Source of the DNA: Parcubacteria group bacterium M6-OD1-1
GTDB taxonomy: Bacteria; Patescibacteriota; Minisyncoccia; GWC2-36-17; M10-OD1-4
Reading direction: 5' to 3'
NCBI GenBank assembly: GCA_003056085.1
Contig: LSNK01000004.1
Location: 28,326-92,325, forward strand
DNA: 64,000 nucleotides
Shown: positions 30,701 through 40,770 of the stretch, piece after piece
How positions within the stretch are numbered: position 1 is the first letter of the stretch
How the letters are laid out: the number at the start of each line of letters is the position of its first letter
Translations under genes and position numbers: made by a program
Notes under the pieces: model-generated
What the model saw: the letters and a program-made list of their open reading frames with translations, nothing else
Database searches by the model: none
Told to the model about the DNA's origin: nothing

Positions 30701-33231
30701 CTTTAGAGCGTGGGAAACCTGTACCGATTTATGGTGCTCGGACTTTTGATACAACTGCTCCAACAACGCCAATAATAATAAAAGCTAAAGCGATAAGTGG
30801 TTTCCAGGCCGATCTTTCTTGGACTAAGTCAGTGGATCCCGATAGTGGAATTTCAGGTTATAATATTTATCGCAATGGACTTAATATTGGTTTTACTTCA
30901 CAGACAAATTATCGTGATAGTGGGTTGCAAGAGTTTGCTAATTATAGATATCAAGTCTCTGCTATAAATAGATCTGGACTCGAAGGGTCTAAGAGCATCG
31001 TAGTAAATACCACAACATCAGGAGATATAACTCCTCCTAGAATTGAATCAGTAAATGCTGCTACGGATTTAAATAAAGTGACGGTTGTGTTTAGTGAGCA
31101 ATTAAATTCAATTGATGCTCAGACAGTAAGTAATTATAGTATTAATAATAATATTCAAATTATTGGAGCGGTACTGGAGAATAACCAAACCACTGTAACT
31201 CTAACAACGACAAGTTTGAGCAAGGGGATAAATTATACGCTTACAGTTAACAATATTACTGATAGTTCTGTTGCACGAAATATGATTATTCCCAACAGTC
31301 AAGTATATTTTACTTATATTGCAACCCTATTAATTAGTGATATATTTCCTGCAACTTATCAGAGGGATAGTTTAGTTGAAAAAAAAGAAGTCTACATTGA
31401 TAGAACCTATACCTATACGAACGTGCCATCAAGCTTTAAAAATTTTAATTATCTTCGTACTGCTAATAATGATAAGTCAGCGACTGGTGGTAATTTTCTA
31501 TCATTCACTGTAAATCAACCAGTTACCGTGTATGTAGCATATGATGTACGAATCTTAACGAGACCTTCATGGTTATCTTCTTGGGTAAGTGTCGGTGCTC
31601 AATTAAAGACTACAGATACCACTCTACGATTATATAGAGCGGACTTTTCAGCTGGCACAGTAACTCTTGGAGGGAATGAGGGTGGTGGAGGTAGTATGTA
31701 TACGGTTTTGGTGTCTCCTTACACAGGAGAAAGTGTCATCTCAACTCCACAACCTACTCCGACACCAGCCGACACCACTCCACCAACCATAACCACCCCA
31801 ACCATCACAACCACAATAAACTCAGCAACGATAACCTTCACAACAAACGAAACAGCAACAGCATACATAAACTACGGTCTGTCTTCAGCATACTCAAGCC
31901 AAACAAACACACATCAAGGCGCCACTCACACATTCACACTATCTAACCTCTCAGACAACACAACATATAATTATCGAACAACAGCAGCAGACCAAGCAAA
32001 CAATACAACCCAATCAATAAACAGAACATTCACGACAAAACAAGCAATACAACAAGACACAACGCCACCATCACAAACAACAAATCTATCGTCATCAAAC
32101 ATCACACAAACATCTGTTGACCTAACATGGACAGCATCAGGAGATAATAATATGCAAGGACAATCATCAAGCTACGACATAAGATATTCAGCAACACCGC
32201 TAACAAACACAAACTACACACAAGCAACTCAAGCAACAGGAGAACCAACACCAAAACAAGCAGGACAAACAGAAACAGCATATATTGCAGTCGGACTCCA
32301 ACCAAACACAACATACTACTTTGCTCTAAAAACAACAGATGAAGCAAACAACACATCACCACTTTCAAACATCATCACAATAACAACATTAGACACACAA
32401 ACACAACAAGAAGAAACACAATCAACAGGTAGTGGTTCATCAGGTGGAGGTACACAACACTCATCATCAGGAAGCACACAAACATCATCAGGCGGAGGCG
32501 GAGGAGGAATATTCACCGACACAACCCCTCCAAAACAAGCATCCAACACAACAACAGAGTCAGCAGACAGACAGATAACTCTAAAATGGAACAACCCCAA
32601 AGACAACGACTTTGCACGTATAATCATAATCAGAAAAGAAGGTTCAAAACCAACATCACAAACAGACGGTACTACAATATACGAAGGAACAAACGAAGAA
32701 TACACAGACATCAACCTAAACAACAACAAAAAATACTACTACGCAATATATACCTACGATAAAAAACCAAACTACTCATCACCAATATACATAGAAGCAC
32801 AACCAAAAGAAGGAAAGACACAAATACAAACAAAATCAACCCCCATCAAAGAAGGAGATCTAATCCGAGGCCCGGACGGCATCAAAGTATACATAATCAA
32901 CCAATACGGATACAAACGCCATATATTCAACCCCGTAGTCTTTGAAATGTACGGACATCTTAAATGGGAAGACATCAAAGAAGTCTCCCAACAAACATTA
33001 GACTCCTTTACCACCTCAGACTTTTATCAAGCAGAGAACGATTACAGAGTATTCTCCCTAAAAGAGATAAACGAAAAAGAAGGATTCGCCCAAAAACGAT
33101 GGATGAACCTTCCCGCACAACGATTTCTCTCACTCGGATACAACTGGAAACAAGTATTCACCATAAACGAAAAAGAAAGAGATTATTACCAAGAAGGAAC
33201 TCCTTTAACTGAGCAGGAGTTGGAGAGGTAG
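27781..33231 (+). CDS. giant secreted surface protein: LamG-like + FN3 repeats + right-handed beta-helix + Thr/Gly-rich linkers
   Basis: Signal peptide. LamG_3-type N-domain (GLVGYWTFDEGSGTTASDSSGNGNTGTL...ALSFDG). Multiple FN3-like units (TPPTTPTNLQA...GYRVYRNG; ISGYNIYRNG). Parallel beta-helix/pectate-lyase-like region (NPIILRGQSQ...). T-rich and GGGGGG linkers. Confidence 0.8.
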   Translation: MPKIKNVFILASLLAVFILIPTGILNAQTAPTNGLVGYWTFDEGSGTTASDSSGNGNTGTLTNGPTWTSGQIGGALSFDGVNDVVEIDSVSSLKPSTVITVSAWVKLKVDATAFNAYIIAFDNINYAYHLSWTDAAPDRFIWRVRNTNGVKEASYKINPKGVWVNVVGTFDGTTQKIYTDGVERDSIAVSGNIDYTFASQLNIGAQRKSNIWDGTIDDVRIYNRALSTTEIADIYNAGIGVGTVTTYQCSDSIDNDSDGLTDYPNDPGCTSTTDNDEYNAVSDTTPPTTPTNLQATTNSSSQISLTWSASTDNTATAGYRVYRNGTQITTTTNTSYTDNSLSAGTLYTYTVSAYDAAGNVSSQSTSVSAATNITISTKFNINDTIEVSTRDGSSLNVRGTANGILLGQQLNGRRGIVIGGPTVAGGLIWWNINFNNAPDGWVAEGYITASLISGNSITIGTLESDPPTIKNLGVSLPIISGDNNYNAQAFVSYRKQGVSAWNEGLPLLRVRPDKLSTDTQLFTVVNQFAGSIFNLEPDTSYEFRVRVVDSDGVNGNSSQIITMHTRPYPKANPLVARIVNVSTMTELRSAVASAKPGDVITLANNTYNGSITINNSGTADNPIILRGQSQVGVIIDASGALGGIDIAASHVYVENLTVTSSDYGIRMPSDAIDVVVRFTRLTNVNKGIKAKNYSHRNFYICDNVLEGKSVWPDTSKATWDMEGIVITGSGHVVCNNTLSGFGDSIGFSRYTNIPNLANDFYGNEVLWGGDDGIELDEGQRNIRAYRNRILNTASGISMQPVWGGPTYIFQNIFYNQKNAPYKLNNAPSGFYIFNNTAVRVGWAWKQYSNRIMNFQFFNNLTVGTDNGVDMSSVVTLGEIDYNGWYPDGQFRFGTRWNSFSDLQARSPFETNGRLLTSSIFQNDIPILTETAPDKNTFRAPVNLTLSSVSNAVDAGRLLPNINNDYIGSGPDLGALERGKPVPIYGARTFDTTAPTTPIIIKAKAISGFQADLSWTKSVDPDSGISGYNIYRNGLNIGFTSQTNYRDSGLQEFANYRYQVSAINRSGLEGSKSIVVNTTTSGDITPPRIESVNAATDLNKVTVVFSEQLNSIDAQTVSNYSINNNIQIIGAVLENNQTTVTLTTTSLSKGINYTLTVNNITDSSVARNMIIPNSQVYFTYIATLLISDIFPATYQRDSLVEKKEVYIDRTYTYTNVPSSFKNFNYLRTANNDKSATGGNFLSFTVNQPVTVYVAYDVRILTRPSWLSSWVSVGAQLKTTDTTLRLYRADFSAGTVTLGGNEGGGGSMYTVLVSPYTGESVISTPQPTPTPADTTPPTITTPTITTTINSATITFTTNETATAYINYGLSSAYSSQTNTHQGATHTFTLSNLSDNTTYNYRTTAADQANNTTQSINRTFTTKQAIQQDTTPPSQTTNLSSSNITQTSVDLTWTASGDNNMQGQSSSYDIRYSATPLTNTNYTQATQATGEPTPKQAGQTETAYIAVGLQPNTTYYFALKTTDEANNTSPLSNIITITTLDTQTQQEETQSTGSGSSGGGTQHSSSGSTQTSSGGGGGGIFTDTTPPKQASNTTTESADRQITLKWNNPKDNDFARIIIIRKEGSKPTSQTDGTTIYEGTNEEYTDINLNNNKKYYYAIYTYDKKPNYSSPIYIEAQPKEGKTQIQTKSTPIKEGDLIRGPDGIKVYIINQYGYKRHIFNPVVFEMYGHLKWEDIKEVSQQTLDSFTTSDFYQAENDYRVFSLKEINEKEGFAQKRWMNLPAQRFLSLGYNWKQVFTINEKERDYYQEGTPLTEQELER

Positions 33232-33300
33232 GTTTGTTTGGTTAGTTTTTATTTTTATAGTATAATGTTTTATGTTATTAATTTTTTAATTTAAACAATT

Positions 33301-34059
33301 ATGAATAATGAAGATAATTTAATAGAAGAGGAAAATAGGAACGAAGATATGAATGTGAGTCAAAATAAAGATACTAAAGGCAAAAAAACAATTTTTGCAG
33401 TAAGTTTGGCTATTATAATAGTTTTAATTGTAGTTGCTGTCTTTTATTATAAAAATACAAAAATATCCGAAGCTCCAACTATTGAAGATAAAATTGTAGC
33501 AACGGTAGATGGATCATCTATAAATCAGTCAGAATTAGATGTTCGTTTAGGACAGATTATATCTCAGATGGAGGCGCAGGGGAGAGTGGTGGTAAAAGAT
33601 TCTGAGGAAGAAAAACAATTAAAATCGCGAGTTTTAGAAAATCTTATAAACGATGAAATTCTATTGCAAAATGCAAAGAAAGCAGGGATTAGCGCAACTC
33701 CCGAAGAGATAGATGGAGAGATTAAGAGTATAATAAGTCGGGTTGGAAGCGAAGAAAAGTTTAAAGCGCAACTTAAGAGTGAGAATATAAAAGAAGAAGA
33801 ATTCAGAGACATTGTAGCTAAACAATTTTTGATACAAAAATATATATTGGCAAATGTTGATATAAATTCAATTAGTGTAACAGACGAAGAAGTTTCTAAA
33901 TTTTACGAACAAATAAGTGCTACTCAAAAAGGAGTTCCTCCTTTGGAGGATATACGTTCACAAGTGGAAAATGACATTCTTGCGAACAAACAACGACAAA
34001 TGGTAAGTGATTTCATAGATTCATTGCGTAAATCTGCAAAAATTAATATTTCTTTATAA
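33301..34059 (+). CDS. membrane-anchored SurA-N-domain-like chaperone, hypothetical
   Basis: One TM helix followed by a helical domain. Family call is weak. Confidence 0.35.
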   Translation: MNNEDNLIEEENRNEDMNVSQNKDTKGKKTIFAVSLAIIIVLIVVAVFYYKNTKISEAPTIEDKIVATVDGSSINQSELDVRLGQIISQMEAQGRVVVKDSEEEKQLKSRVLENLINDEILLQNAKKAGISATPEEIDGEIKSIISRVGSEEKFKAQLKSENIKEEEFRDIVAKQFLIQKYILANVDINSISVTDEEVSKFYEQISATQKGVPPLEDIRSQVENDILANKQRQMVSDFIDSLRKSAKINISL

Positions 34060-34142
34060 AAATATATAAAGAAATCAAAAAACTCAACTTTTAAGTTGAG
34101 TTTTTTGATGAATTAATTTAAAAGCTTGTTTGTGTAAATAAT

Positions 34143-34445
34143 ATGGTTAGCAATATATACAAAATAAAAGCAAAAGTTTGGTTACATAAAAGAACAACCA
34201 AGTGGTATTCAGTTTCTATTCCTAAAAAAGAGTCAAAGGAGATAAAAGAGCGATTTGAGTTTTTAAAAAGAGGGTGGGGTTCGCTTAAGGTTACTGTAAG
34301 TATAGGCAATACGAAATGGAGTACTTCAATTTTTCCGGATAAAAAATTAGGAGTTTATGTTTTGCCTCTTAAGGCTGAGGTGCGCAAGAAAGAAAAAATA
34401 AAAAATAATGATATCATAATATTTTCTATGGAAATATTAGTGTAA
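34143..34445 (+). CDS. DUF1905-like small protein
   Basis: About 100 aa, with a pattern resembling DUF1905. The preceding hairpin at 34078-34107 terminates the upstream gene. Confidence 0.35.
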   Translation: MVSNIYKIKAKVWLHKRTTKWYSVSIPKKESKEIKERFEFLKRGWGSLKVTVSIGNTKWSTSIFPDKKLGVYVLPLKAEVRKKEKIKNNDIIIFSMEILV

Positions 34446-34506
34446 TATTTCTCTTATTTAAATTGCGTGTTATTATTGAATATATAATAATTAAAAATAA
34501 AATACT

Positions 34507-34947
34507 ATGAATTGGAAAAAATACACGACACAAAAAAATCTTGATGAGTATTCGTTTTTGTGGTCGGAAGCAAGGTTAATTATAGCGGCTTTGTCTTTGC
34601 TCATTGGTGGTACGCCTATTATTTTTGTTTTGGGCTACAACAGCGTTTTTACTTCTTTGCTTAATTTATCATGGATAATATCCGGAATTGCTTCTGTATA
34701 TATGCTTTACAGATGGAACTTAAGTCATAAAAAAGTTTTTGGCAAAAAAGATTTAAAAGACATGATTGCATTTTTTGTCAGTGTGATTTCAGGTATAAAC
34801 TTAGGAATTGCCGGTTTGTTGACAAATAATATTGGAATGTCTATATCTCAAAATCGTTTTGTATTTATTATTGTTGCCGCTTTATATATTTGGGCAGCGG
34901 TGCATCTTTTTTTAAGATGGAAAGAGTCAGAGAAAAAAGTGTTTTAG
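34507..34947 (+). CDS. membrane protein, hypothetical
   Basis: 4 TM helices. Terminator hairpin at 34975-35005. Confidence 0.4.
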   Translation: MNWKKYTTQKNLDEYSFLWSEARLIIAALSLLIGGTPIIFVLGYNSVFTSLLNLSWIISGIASVYMLYRWNLSHKKVFGKKDLKDMIAFFVSVISGINLGIAGLLTNNIGMSISQNRFVFIIVAALYIWAAVHLFLRWKESEKKVF

Positions 34948-35061
34948 TTGTTAATGTTTCATAAATTATTTTTTAAAAGCACCCAAACATCGGGTGCTTT
35001 TAATATTTCTTTATCTATGATAGTATGGTTGCAATGTTTATAAAAACAAAAGAGGTTTCAA

Positions 35062-35679
35062 ATGAGAAAATTAACTTTTGTTTCTTTTTTAGTTCTTTCT
35101 ATTATATTATCCGGATGTGCTTCTATATTAAATTCAGAAAGAGGGGAGAAGTTTTTCAAAGGGGACACATGGGGAGAGAGCAAGCGGCAAATTTTATCTT
35201 GGGTAGAAAATGGAATAGGTAAAATATCAGAAGAAGAAGCATATGCAAGATTGGGGTTGCCGATGCAAGAGCAGGAAAATCGATTTTTAAGGGTTAAGGG
35301 TTGGTTTTTTGTAGAAAATTCAGTTAAAAAAATCAATATCGGTGTTTATAAAAGGATATCCGGTTATGAAAAACAACGAATATTAGCTCTTGTTTTTAAT
35401 AAAAAAGGAATTTTGATAGATTTTGAAACAAGAATTACAAACATTCCATCGAGCTCCAATATGTTTTCTTCTGAAATTTTAATTCAAATTGCTATCTTTG
35501 ATTATACATTACAGCGTTTGGATAACATGCTGTCTGATGTTTTGGATAGATCATTGGAAAAATTCAGATTAAAAGTGCATGGCGATATTAAAAATGTAGG
35601 AGCCAACATAGGAGCTAATATAGAAGGAATTAGTCAGGATGATATAGATGGTATTTTAGGATCAACACTTAAAAAATAA
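35062..35679 (+). CDS. lipoprotein, hypothetical
   Basis: Lipobox LSGC and SD AAGAGG. Confidence 0.5.
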   Translation: MRKLTFVSFLVLSIILSGCASILNSERGEKFFKGDTWGESKRQILSWVENGIGKISEEEAYARLGLPMQEQENRFLRVKGWFFVENSVKKINIGVYKRISGYEKQRILALVFNKKGILIDFETRITNIPSSSNMFSSEILIQIAIFDYTLQRLDNMLSDVLDRSLEKFRLKVHGDIKNVGANIGANIEGISQDDIDGILGSTLKK

Positions 35680-35684
35680 GTTTT

Positions 35685-35715
35685 AACGGCTGAAAATATT
35701 AAATTTTCAGCCGTT
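35685..35715. terminator. bidirectional terminator
   Basis: AACGGCTGAAAAT-ATTAA-ATTTTCAGCCGTT followed by a T-run. Sits between convergent genes. Confidence 0.6.
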
Positions 35716-35717
35716 TT

Positions 35718-36041
35718 TTATTTCTCAATTGGCAGTTTTTCTTCTTCCCATTTAAGCATTCCTCCGGTTGTATTTTTTACATTTTTATATCCCTTATCTT
35801 CTATTATATTTTTTGCCATTTGACTTCTCATGCCGCTTCTACAGACAATGCATATATAAGAATCTTTATTTGGTATTTTGTTTTCAATTTTTTCTTCCAA
35901 TATCTCAAGAGGAATTAAAACACTTTCTTTTATATGTCCGTTATTGTATTCTTCTTCTGTTCTGACATCCAAAACGATTATATCAGTTTTTTCTTCTAAT
36001 TCTTTATATAAATCTTTAACATCTATTGAGTCTGATTTCAT
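35718..36041 (-). CDS. rhodanese-domain sulfurtransferase
   Basis: Active-site loop CRSGMRS. 107 aa single rhodanese domain. Confidence 0.75.
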   Translation of the reverse strand: MKSDSIDVKDLYKELEEKTDIIVLDVRTEEEYNNGHIKESVLIPLEILEEKIENKIPNKDSYICIVCRSGMRSQMAKNIIEDKGYKNVKNTTGGMLKWEEEKLPIEK

Positions 36042-36105
36042 ATTATTTTGATAAAATGATTATTTTATGGTAATTATATAAGATATAATTAGATTAGTAA
36101 ATATT

Positions 36106-37491
36106 ATGTATTCTGTAATTTTATGCGGAGGCTCAGGCACAAGGCTGTGGCCGTTAAGCAGAAAAAATTTTCCCAAACAATTTTTAAATTTGTACAGTGA
36201 CAAGTCTCTTTTGCAGGAAACTTTTTTGAGGATGTCTGAAGTTATGCCAAAGGAAAATATATTTTTTTCAACCAACAACGATCATTTTTTTAATGTATTT
36301 AATCAGATAAAAGAGGTGTATCCAGGTTTTAAAAAAGAAAATATTCTTATAGAGCCAAAAAGTCTAAATACGGCGCCCGCTATTTTACTTGCCGTTAAAC
36401 ATTTAAAAGAGAACATAGGAGTAAGCAGGAAAGATCTGATTTTTTTTCTTCCGGCTGATCATTTTATATCAGATAAAAAAGCATATCAAACTCTTTTTGA
36501 AAAAATTAAAAATAAAATTAAAGACGAAGTGGGGATAATAGGGATTGTTCCAAAAAAGCCGGAAACGGGATATGGGTATATAAAAAAAGGAGAAAAAAAA
36601 GAAGGGTATTTTAAGGTCTCTGAGTTTAAAGAAAAACCGAGTCTGGAGGTTGCAGAAAAATATTTAGAGTCGGGAGATTATCTGCAAAATTCAGGAATAT
36701 ATTTTTTTAATACAGAAACATTTCAAAAAGAACTTAAAAAATATGCTCCAAAAATGTATGAATTTTTTGGTAAAAACTTTGAAGATTTCATAAAAGATTT
36801 TAAAGAATTGCCGGCTATTTCCATAGACTGCGCAATATCTGAAAAATCAAACAATATTATAGTTTTTGAAGGAGATTTCGGCTGGAATGATATAGGGTCT
36901 TTTGACAGTTTGGCGGGAGCTCTTTTTGAAACAAAAGAGTATAATAAAAAACATATAGGAATAAATTCAAAAAATATTTTTACTCATAGTACGGGTGATT
37001 ATCTTGTGGTTACTTCAGGGGTGGAGGATTTAATAATAGTTGAAAACAATGACAGTATATTGGTTCAGAAAAAAGGCAAGAGCGAAGATGTCAAAAAAAT
37101 AACTGATTTTTTAAAAGAAAAAAAACATAAAGAAATAGAGCATAACATAGTAGTTCACAGACCGTGGGGGAAATATGAAATTTTAATAGATTCTCCAACT
37201 TATAAAGTAAAAAAAATTACTGTCTATCCTGGGGCAAAACTAAGTTTGCAGTCGCATCAACACAGAGCGGAGCATTGGGTTGTTGTCAGTGGTGTTGCCG
37301 GCGTTGTAAATGGAGACAGAGAATTTCAGCTTAAGGAAAACGAAAGCACATATGTTCCGGCGCTCAATCGCCATCGTTTAAGCAATCTAGGGAAGGTAAA
37401 TTTAGAAATGATAGAGGTGCAGACCGGAGATTATTTGGAGGAAGATGACATCGTAAGATACGATGATATTTACAACAGGATAAAAGAATAG
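36106..37491 (+). CDS. manC: mannose-1-phosphate guanylyltransferase / mannose-6-phosphate isomerase (bifunctional, cupin C-term)
   Basis: N-terminal LCGGSGTRLWPLSR nucleotidyltransferase motif and a C-terminal cupin. Confidence 0.8.
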   Translation: MYSVILCGGSGTRLWPLSRKNFPKQFLNLYSDKSLLQETFLRMSEVMPKENIFFSTNNDHFFNVFNQIKEVYPGFKKENILIEPKSLNTAPAILLAVKHLKENIGVSRKDLIFFLPADHFISDKKAYQTLFEKIKNKIKDEVGIIGIVPKKPETGYGYIKKGEKKEGYFKVSEFKEKPSLEVAEKYLESGDYLQNSGIYFFNTETFQKELKKYAPKMYEFFGKNFEDFIKDFKELPAISIDCAISEKSNNIIVFEGDFGWNDIGSFDSLAGALFETKEYNKKHIGINSKNIFTHSTGDYLVVTSGVEDLIIVENNDSILVQKKGKSEDVKKITDFLKEKKHKEIEHNIVVHRPWGKYEILIDSPTYKVKKITVYPGAKLSLQSHQHRAEHWVVVSGVAGVVNGDREFQLKENESTYVPALNRHRLSNLGKVNLEMIEVQTGDYLEEDDIVRYDDIYNRIKE

Positions 37492-37561
37492 ATATTGCTA
37501 AAATTAAATTCAGCTTGTGTGATTGCAAAATCGTTGTTTTTGAGGTATAATTTTCAGTTAT

Positions 37562-40375
37562 ATGAAAAAGAATACATCAAAAAACAATGAAATAGTTGTA
37601 AGAGGGGCAAGGATGCATAATCTTAAAAATATTAATCTTAAGATTCCAAGAAATCAACTGGTTGTTATCACGGGGCTTTCCGGTTCCGGTAAATCTTCTT
37701 TGGCTTTTGACACTATTTATGCAGAAGGACAAAGGAGATATGTTGAGTCTTTGTCGTCTTATGCAAGACAGTTTCTTGGTGTTATGGGAAAGCCAGATGT
37801 TGATTCTATAGATGGGCTTTCTCCGGCAATCTCAATAGATCAAAAAAGTGTTTCTCAAAACCCAAGATCAACCGTGGGAACTATTACAGAGATATATGAC
37901 TACTTAAGGCTTCTTTTTGCAAGGGTCGGTTCTCCTTTTTGTCCGGAGTGCGGCAAGCCTATATCAAGCCAAAGCACAACCCAAATAGTAGACAGCATAT
38001 TAAAAATTCCAAAAAAATCAAAAATAGAAGTTTTGGCTCCTGTTGTCAGAGGAAAGAAAGGAGAACATTTAAATATTTTTTCAATGATTGAAAAAGCGGG
38101 ATATGTAAGAGTTCGGGTAAATGGTGAGGTTATGACTGTTAAAGATGCTCTTTTATTGAATCTTGATAGATACAAAAAACACAGCATTGAGGTTGTTGTA
38201 GATAGACTTGTTGTAGAAAAAAATATAGATAGAGTTCGTTTGGCGGACTCTGTTGAATCGGCTTTAAAGATGGGCGAAGGTCTTGTTATTGTTTCTCAAA
38301 AAGAAAAAAAAGATAAGCTTTTTTCCGAAAAATTTGCTTGCGCTGATTGCGGTATTTCAATAACAGAGATAGAGCCAAGAAGTTTTTCTTTCAATAGCCC
38401 ACATGGAGCATGTTATTCTTGTACAGGTATTGGAAAAAAGCTGGAGGTTGATCCGGATCTTATTATAGCAAATGAAAAACTTACTTTGGCGGAAGGCGCT
38501 ATAAAACCTTGGTCGCAGGCATCAAGGTCAAATTGGCATTGGCTTGCTTTGGAAGACTTAGCAAATAATTTAGATTTTTCTTTAAATACACCGATAAATA
38601 AATTGCCGAAAGATGTTTTTCAGATTGTTTTATACGGCGATCCAAAATCACAGTTTGAAGGAGTTATTCCAAATCTTGAAAGAAGGTGGAAAGAAACAGA
38701 TTCTGATTGGATTCGTTCAGAAATAGAAAAGTATATGGTGGTAAAAAAATGTCCAGCCTGTGGAGGGAAAAGACTAAAAAAAGAAATGCTTTCTGTTTTG
38801 TTCAATAACAAAAATATTTCAGAGGTAACCGCTTTGTCTATCTTGGACACAAAAGAGTTTTTTTCAAATGTAAAACTTACAAAAACTCAGGCAAAGATAG
38901 CCAACTTAATAATAAAAGAAATATTATCTCGCCTTCAATTTTTAACGGATGTTGGCTTGGGGTATTTGTCTTTAGATAGAGAGTCTGAGACATTGTCCGG
39001 CGGAGAAGCGCAGAGAATTCGTTTAGCTACGCAAATCGGCTCTCGTCTCGTTGGGGTTTTGTATATTTTAGATGAGCCGTCCATTGGCTTGCACTCAAAA
39101 GACAATGAAAAACTTATAAAAACTCTTAAAGATTTAAGAGACTTAAATAACACGGTTATAGTTGTTGAGCACGACGAAGAAACTATTCTTGCGGCGGATT
39201 GGGTTATTGAAATAGGTCCTGATGCGGGAGCAAAAGGCGGTAAAGTTGTTTTTGAAGGAACACCGGGTCAGCTTAAAAAGTCAAAAACTATAACCGGTCT
39301 TTATCTTTCCGGGAAAAAGAAAGCTTACGAGGAAAGCCAAAAGCTCAAAAACAACAACTTAGGGGTTGAACCCCTAAGTGGGTTTTTGGAGGTTGTTGGA
39401 GCTGAGGAAAACAATTTAAAAAATATCAATATCAAAATACCGCTTTCTGAGTTTGTTTGTATTACGGGAGTTTCCGGTTCCGGAAAAAGTACTTTTGTGG
39501 ACAATATATTGGCAAAGGCTTTAGCTCAGAAGTTTTACAACTCAAAAGAAACCCCGGGAAAGCATAAAGAAATTTTAGGGGCTGAAAATCTAAATAAAGT
39601 AATACACATAGATCAGTCGCCGATCGGCAGAACTCCAAGGTCAAACTCGGCTACATATACCGGTGTCTTTACTTATATCAGAGAACTTTTTGCAAATACG
39701 CAGGAGGCAAAAATAAGAGGATATAAAGTAGGAAGGTTTAGTTTTAATGTAAAAGGCGGCAGATGCGAGAGCTGCGAAGGACAGGGAATTAAAAAAATAG
39801 AAATGCATTTTCTTCCGGATGTATATGTTGAATGTGAAGAGTGTGAAGGGACAAGATACAATAAAGAAGTTTTAGAAATAAAATACAAAGATAAAAATAT
39901 CGCAGAGGTTTTGGAGATGAGCGTTAATGAAGCAGAAAAATTTTTTGAAAATATTCCAAAGATAAAAAATATTTTAGCGACCTTAAAGGAAGTTGGTATC
40001 GGCTACATTCATCTTGGACAAAGCGCAACGACGCTTTCTGGCGGTGAGGCGCAGAGAATAAAACTTGCAGATGAACTTTCAAGGCGTGATACGGGAAAAA
40101 CTCTGTATATATTGGACGAGCCGACAACAGGACTTCATTTTGATGATGTTTCAAAACTTTTAGTGGTCTTAAGAAAATTGGTTAATAAAGGAAATACGGT
40201 TTTAGTTATAGAGCATAATATGGATGTTGTAGCGGCGTCTGACTGGATAGTGGACTTGGGTCCTGAAGGCGGCAATGGCGGAGGTCAATTGGTTGCGGAA
40301 GGAAGACCAAAAGATATAATAAAAACAAAGGCAAGCTATACTGGAAAGTTTCTTAAGAAATATATTTCCAGTTAA
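37562..40375 (+). CDS. uvrA: excinuclease ABC subunit A
   Basis: Two ABC modules ([23 protein letters not shown] x2), zinc-finger Cys clusters, 937 aa. Confidence 0.95.
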   Translation: MKKNTSKNNEIVVRGARMHNLKNINLKIPRNQLVVITGLSGSGKSSLAFDTIYAEGQRRYVESLSSYARQFLGVMGKPDVDSIDGLSPAISIDQKSVSQNPRSTVGTITEIYDYLRLLFARVGSPFCPECGKPISSQSTTQIVDSILKIPKKSKIEVLAPVVRGKKGEHLNIFSMIEKAGYVRVRVNGEVMTVKDALLLNLDRYKKHSIEVVVDRLVVEKNIDRVRLADSVESALKMGEGLVIVSQKEKKDKLFSEKFACADCGISITEIEPRSFSFNSPHGACYSCTGIGKKLEVDPDLIIANEKLTLAEGAIKPWSQASRSNWHWLALEDLANNLDFSLNTPINKLPKDVFQIVLYGDPKSQFEGVIPNLERRWKETDSDWIRSEIEKYMVVKKCPACGGKRLKKEMLSVLFNNKNISEVTALSILDTKEFFSNVKLTKTQAKIANLIIKEILSRLQFLTDVGLGYLSLDRESETLSGGEAQRIRLATQIGSRLVGVLYILDEPSIGLHSKDNEKLIKTLKDLRDLNNTVIVVEHDEETILAADWVIEIGPDAGAKGGKVVFEGTPGQLKKSKTITGLYLSGKKKAYEESQKLKNNNLGVEPLSGFLEVVGAEENNLKNINIKIPLSEFVCITGVSGSGKSTFVDNILAKALAQKFYNSKETPGKHKEILGAENLNKVIHIDQSPIGRTPRSNSATYTGVFTYIRELFANTQEAKIRGYKVGRFSFNVKGGRCESCEGQGIKKIEMHFLPDVYVECEECEGTRYNKEVLEIKYKDKNIAEVLEMSVNEAEKFFENIPKIKNILATLKEVGIGYIHLGQSATTLSGGEAQRIKLADELSRRDTGKTLYILDEPTTGLHFDDVSKLLVVLRKLVNKGNTVLVIEHNMDVVAASDWIVDLGPEGGNGGGQLVAEGRPKDIIKTKASYTGKFLKKYISS

Positions 40376-40404
40376 TCACACAGGAGATTCAATCTTCTAC
40401 AAAA

Positions 40405-40430
40405 AAGCGGGCTTTTAGCCCGCTTTTTTG
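40405..40430 (+). terminator. rho-independent terminator of uvrA
   Basis: AGCGGGCT-TTTA-GCCCGCT followed by TTTTTT. Confidence 0.7.
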
Positions 40431-40476
40431 TTTGCAAGTTCATGTTTTTAACTGTGCATAACTTTTATAAAGTGGT

Positions 40477-40505
40477 TTGACTTTGTATATAAGTGGGGAT
40501 ATAAT
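40477..40505 (+). promoter_or_regulatory. consensus sigma70 promoter TTGACT-N17-TATAAT
   Basis: Exact 17-nt spacer and perfect -10. Lies ~265 nt upstream of the mraZ ATG. Confidence 0.5.
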
Positions 40506-40511
40506 TAACTG

Positions 40512-40770
40512 TAGTGGTAGGAAGTGGGGAAAAGTGGTAAATACATTTGTCTCTGCTTAAAACCGCAAAGGTCATTATTAGCGGTAAATAGAGCTAAGTC
40601 CCACAGATTTGTCTTAAGCAAACAAATCTGTAGAATCTCTCAATACGGCTTAGCTCTGTTTGCTTGCATAGGGACACTAAGATCTTTTGTAAAAAAATTT
40701 AACTTGGGGTTATACATTTGGGTGTTCCTATTTTGTAAGGGAGCAAAGAAATGTGTAAGTCTTAGAAATT
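40512..40770 (+). ncRNA. ~260-nt structured 5' leader / candidate cis-regulatory RNA upstream of mraZ
   Basis: Non-coding by inspection; the only ORFs here are implausible. Nested stems: GAGCTAAG...CTTAGCTC enclosing CAGATTTGT-cttaagcaa-ACAAATCTG, and CCGC...GCGG. Confidence 0.35.

Noticed and set aside
32102-32729. Antisense ORFs of 88 and 137 aa within the giant surface protein gene
   Set aside because: The Leu/Cys/Val-rich translations are artefacts of the Thr/Gln-rich (ACA/CAA) coding strand. They have no start context.
40512-40770. RNase P RNA assignment for the mraZ leader
   Set aside because: Only a weak resemblance (ACGGCUUAGC) to the P4 3' strand. The P4 5' strand, the GNRA and AGGGCA modules and the overall length are all missing, so it is kept only as an unclassified candidate RNA.
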